Made by a program: the position numbers and the translations under genes
Shown here: piece by piece, positions 63,381-64,000 of the stretch
Numbering within the stretch: position 1 is the stretch's first letter
How the letters are laid out: each line of letters begins with the position of its first letter
Notes under the pieces: generated by a model
The model's database searches: none
Told to the model about the DNA's origin: nothing
What the model saw: the letters and a program-made list of their open reading frames with translations, nothing else
NCBI GenBank assembly: GCA_051362555.1
Contig: CM120644.1
Span: 752,954-816,953 of the forward strand
DNA: 64,000 nucleotides
Direction of reading: 5' to 3'
Origin: Lingula anatina
Lineage: Eukaryota; Animalia; Brachiopoda

Positions 63381-64000
63381 ATGGCAACAGCATTTGGAAC
63401 GGACACGGACCAGGAGAATTTCTTTCGCATGAGCATTCTAATTGTAGATTATGCCGTGAAAATATTGCAAGATGTTCTCCAGCTACAGCTAAGAAAAAAG
63501 TATCCCAATTTATTTGACCCCAACACAGGGTTGCTGAATAAGGTGCTTGGTGATGCAACTGTCAGGGCAACACTGTTTGGATTGCCATCAAGAGTGTTTA
63601 ATCACCACCAACGAAATCAACTCTATCCTGCTGGAAAGCCTTCCACATCAGTAACTGTTGGTGATTTAGACCTCACACTGACTGTGCTCTTGTTGAGAAA
63701 CATCACCACGTTGAATCCTCGTCCTCGGTCGAAAGCATGGGATAACCCCTCTGACACAGACACATCAACAGAGGCCACGATTGGGAGAGTTAAAAGATAT
63801 CGGAATGTTGTGTATGGCCATGCAAACAAGGCAGCAATAAGCGATCGAGAATTCTTGGAACATTTCAGAGGGCTCAAGTCCAATCTCCAGGCTCTTTCTA
63901 GAAAGTTCACCGATGAGGAATATGACGATATATTGTCTAAACCTTTCAATGCTGCTTTACTGGAGACAAACCAAAGCATTCTTAAAGAATGGTTTGGTTA
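63381..64000 (+). CDS. Protein with N-terminal DZIP3/hRUL138-like HEPN domain; open to the window edge
   Basis: Manual translation from accATGG at 63381 with no stop: MATAFGTDTDQENFFRMSILIVDYAVKILQ...QRNQLYPAGK...DLDLTLTVLLLRNITTLNP...AWDNPSDTDTSTEATIGRVKRYRNVVYGHANKAAISDREF...ILKEWF. It has the family motifs ENFxR, DxTLxxxLLRN, W..P...D and Rx5H. Upstream acceptor ttccag at 63341-63346. Confidence 0.8.
   Translation, partial: MATAFGTDTDQENFFRMSILIVDYAVKILQDVLQLQLRKKYPNLFDPNTGLLNKVLGDATVRATLFGLPSRVFNHHQRNQLYPAGKPSTSVTVGDLDLTLTVLLLRNITTLNPRPRSKAWDNPSDTDTSTEATIGRVKRYRNVVYGHANKAAISDREFLEHFRGLKSNLQALSRKFTDEEYDDILSKPFNAALLETNQSILKEWFG

Noticed and set aside
63223-63979. Track ORFs 63223-63558 (-), 63230-63517 (+) and 63623-63979 (-)
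   Set aside because: Alternative-frame or antisense shadows of the HEPN ORF starting at 63381.
1-64000. tRNA, rRNA, snoRNA or SECIS elements
   Set aside because: None recognisable by eye; a covariance-model scan (Infernal/Rfam, tRNAscan-SE) would be needed to exclude small intronic RNAs.

Overview
AT-rich, intron-rich animal genomic DNA. Gene content and repeat types suggest a marine invertebrate, probably a lophotrochozoan such as a mollusc (inference). Five protein-coding genes were assembled by hand from GT-AG exons. (1) UBR3 N-recognin E3 ligase, minus strand, 5' part, running off the left edge. (2) A complete BRCA1 orthologue of about 2,390 aa, head-to-head with UBR3. (3) A core-1 beta-1,3-galactosyltransferase (C1GALT1-like). 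(4) NSUN6, minus strand, convergent with C1GALT1. (5) An ORF missing from the supplied track that starts at 63381, encodes a DZIP3-type HEPN domain and runs off the right edge. Introns and intergenic DNA carry a 5'-truncated CR1/L2-type LINE, non-autonomous DNA transposons (Tourist/Harbinger-, Kolobok-, piggyBac- and hAT-like), a Helentron-like element with a 161-bp tandem array, and mini/microsatellites. I found no clearly new biological system. The best leads are dense AGGTCA/TGACCT clusters inside BRCA1 coding sequence, repeated local duplications of exon-intron boundaries, unusual MITE behaviour, inverted Kolobok-like copies bracketing a BRCA1 RING-region exon, the HEPN gene, and a possible decayed glutamate-receptor-like gene. 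All coordinates were read by eye and may be off by a few bases.
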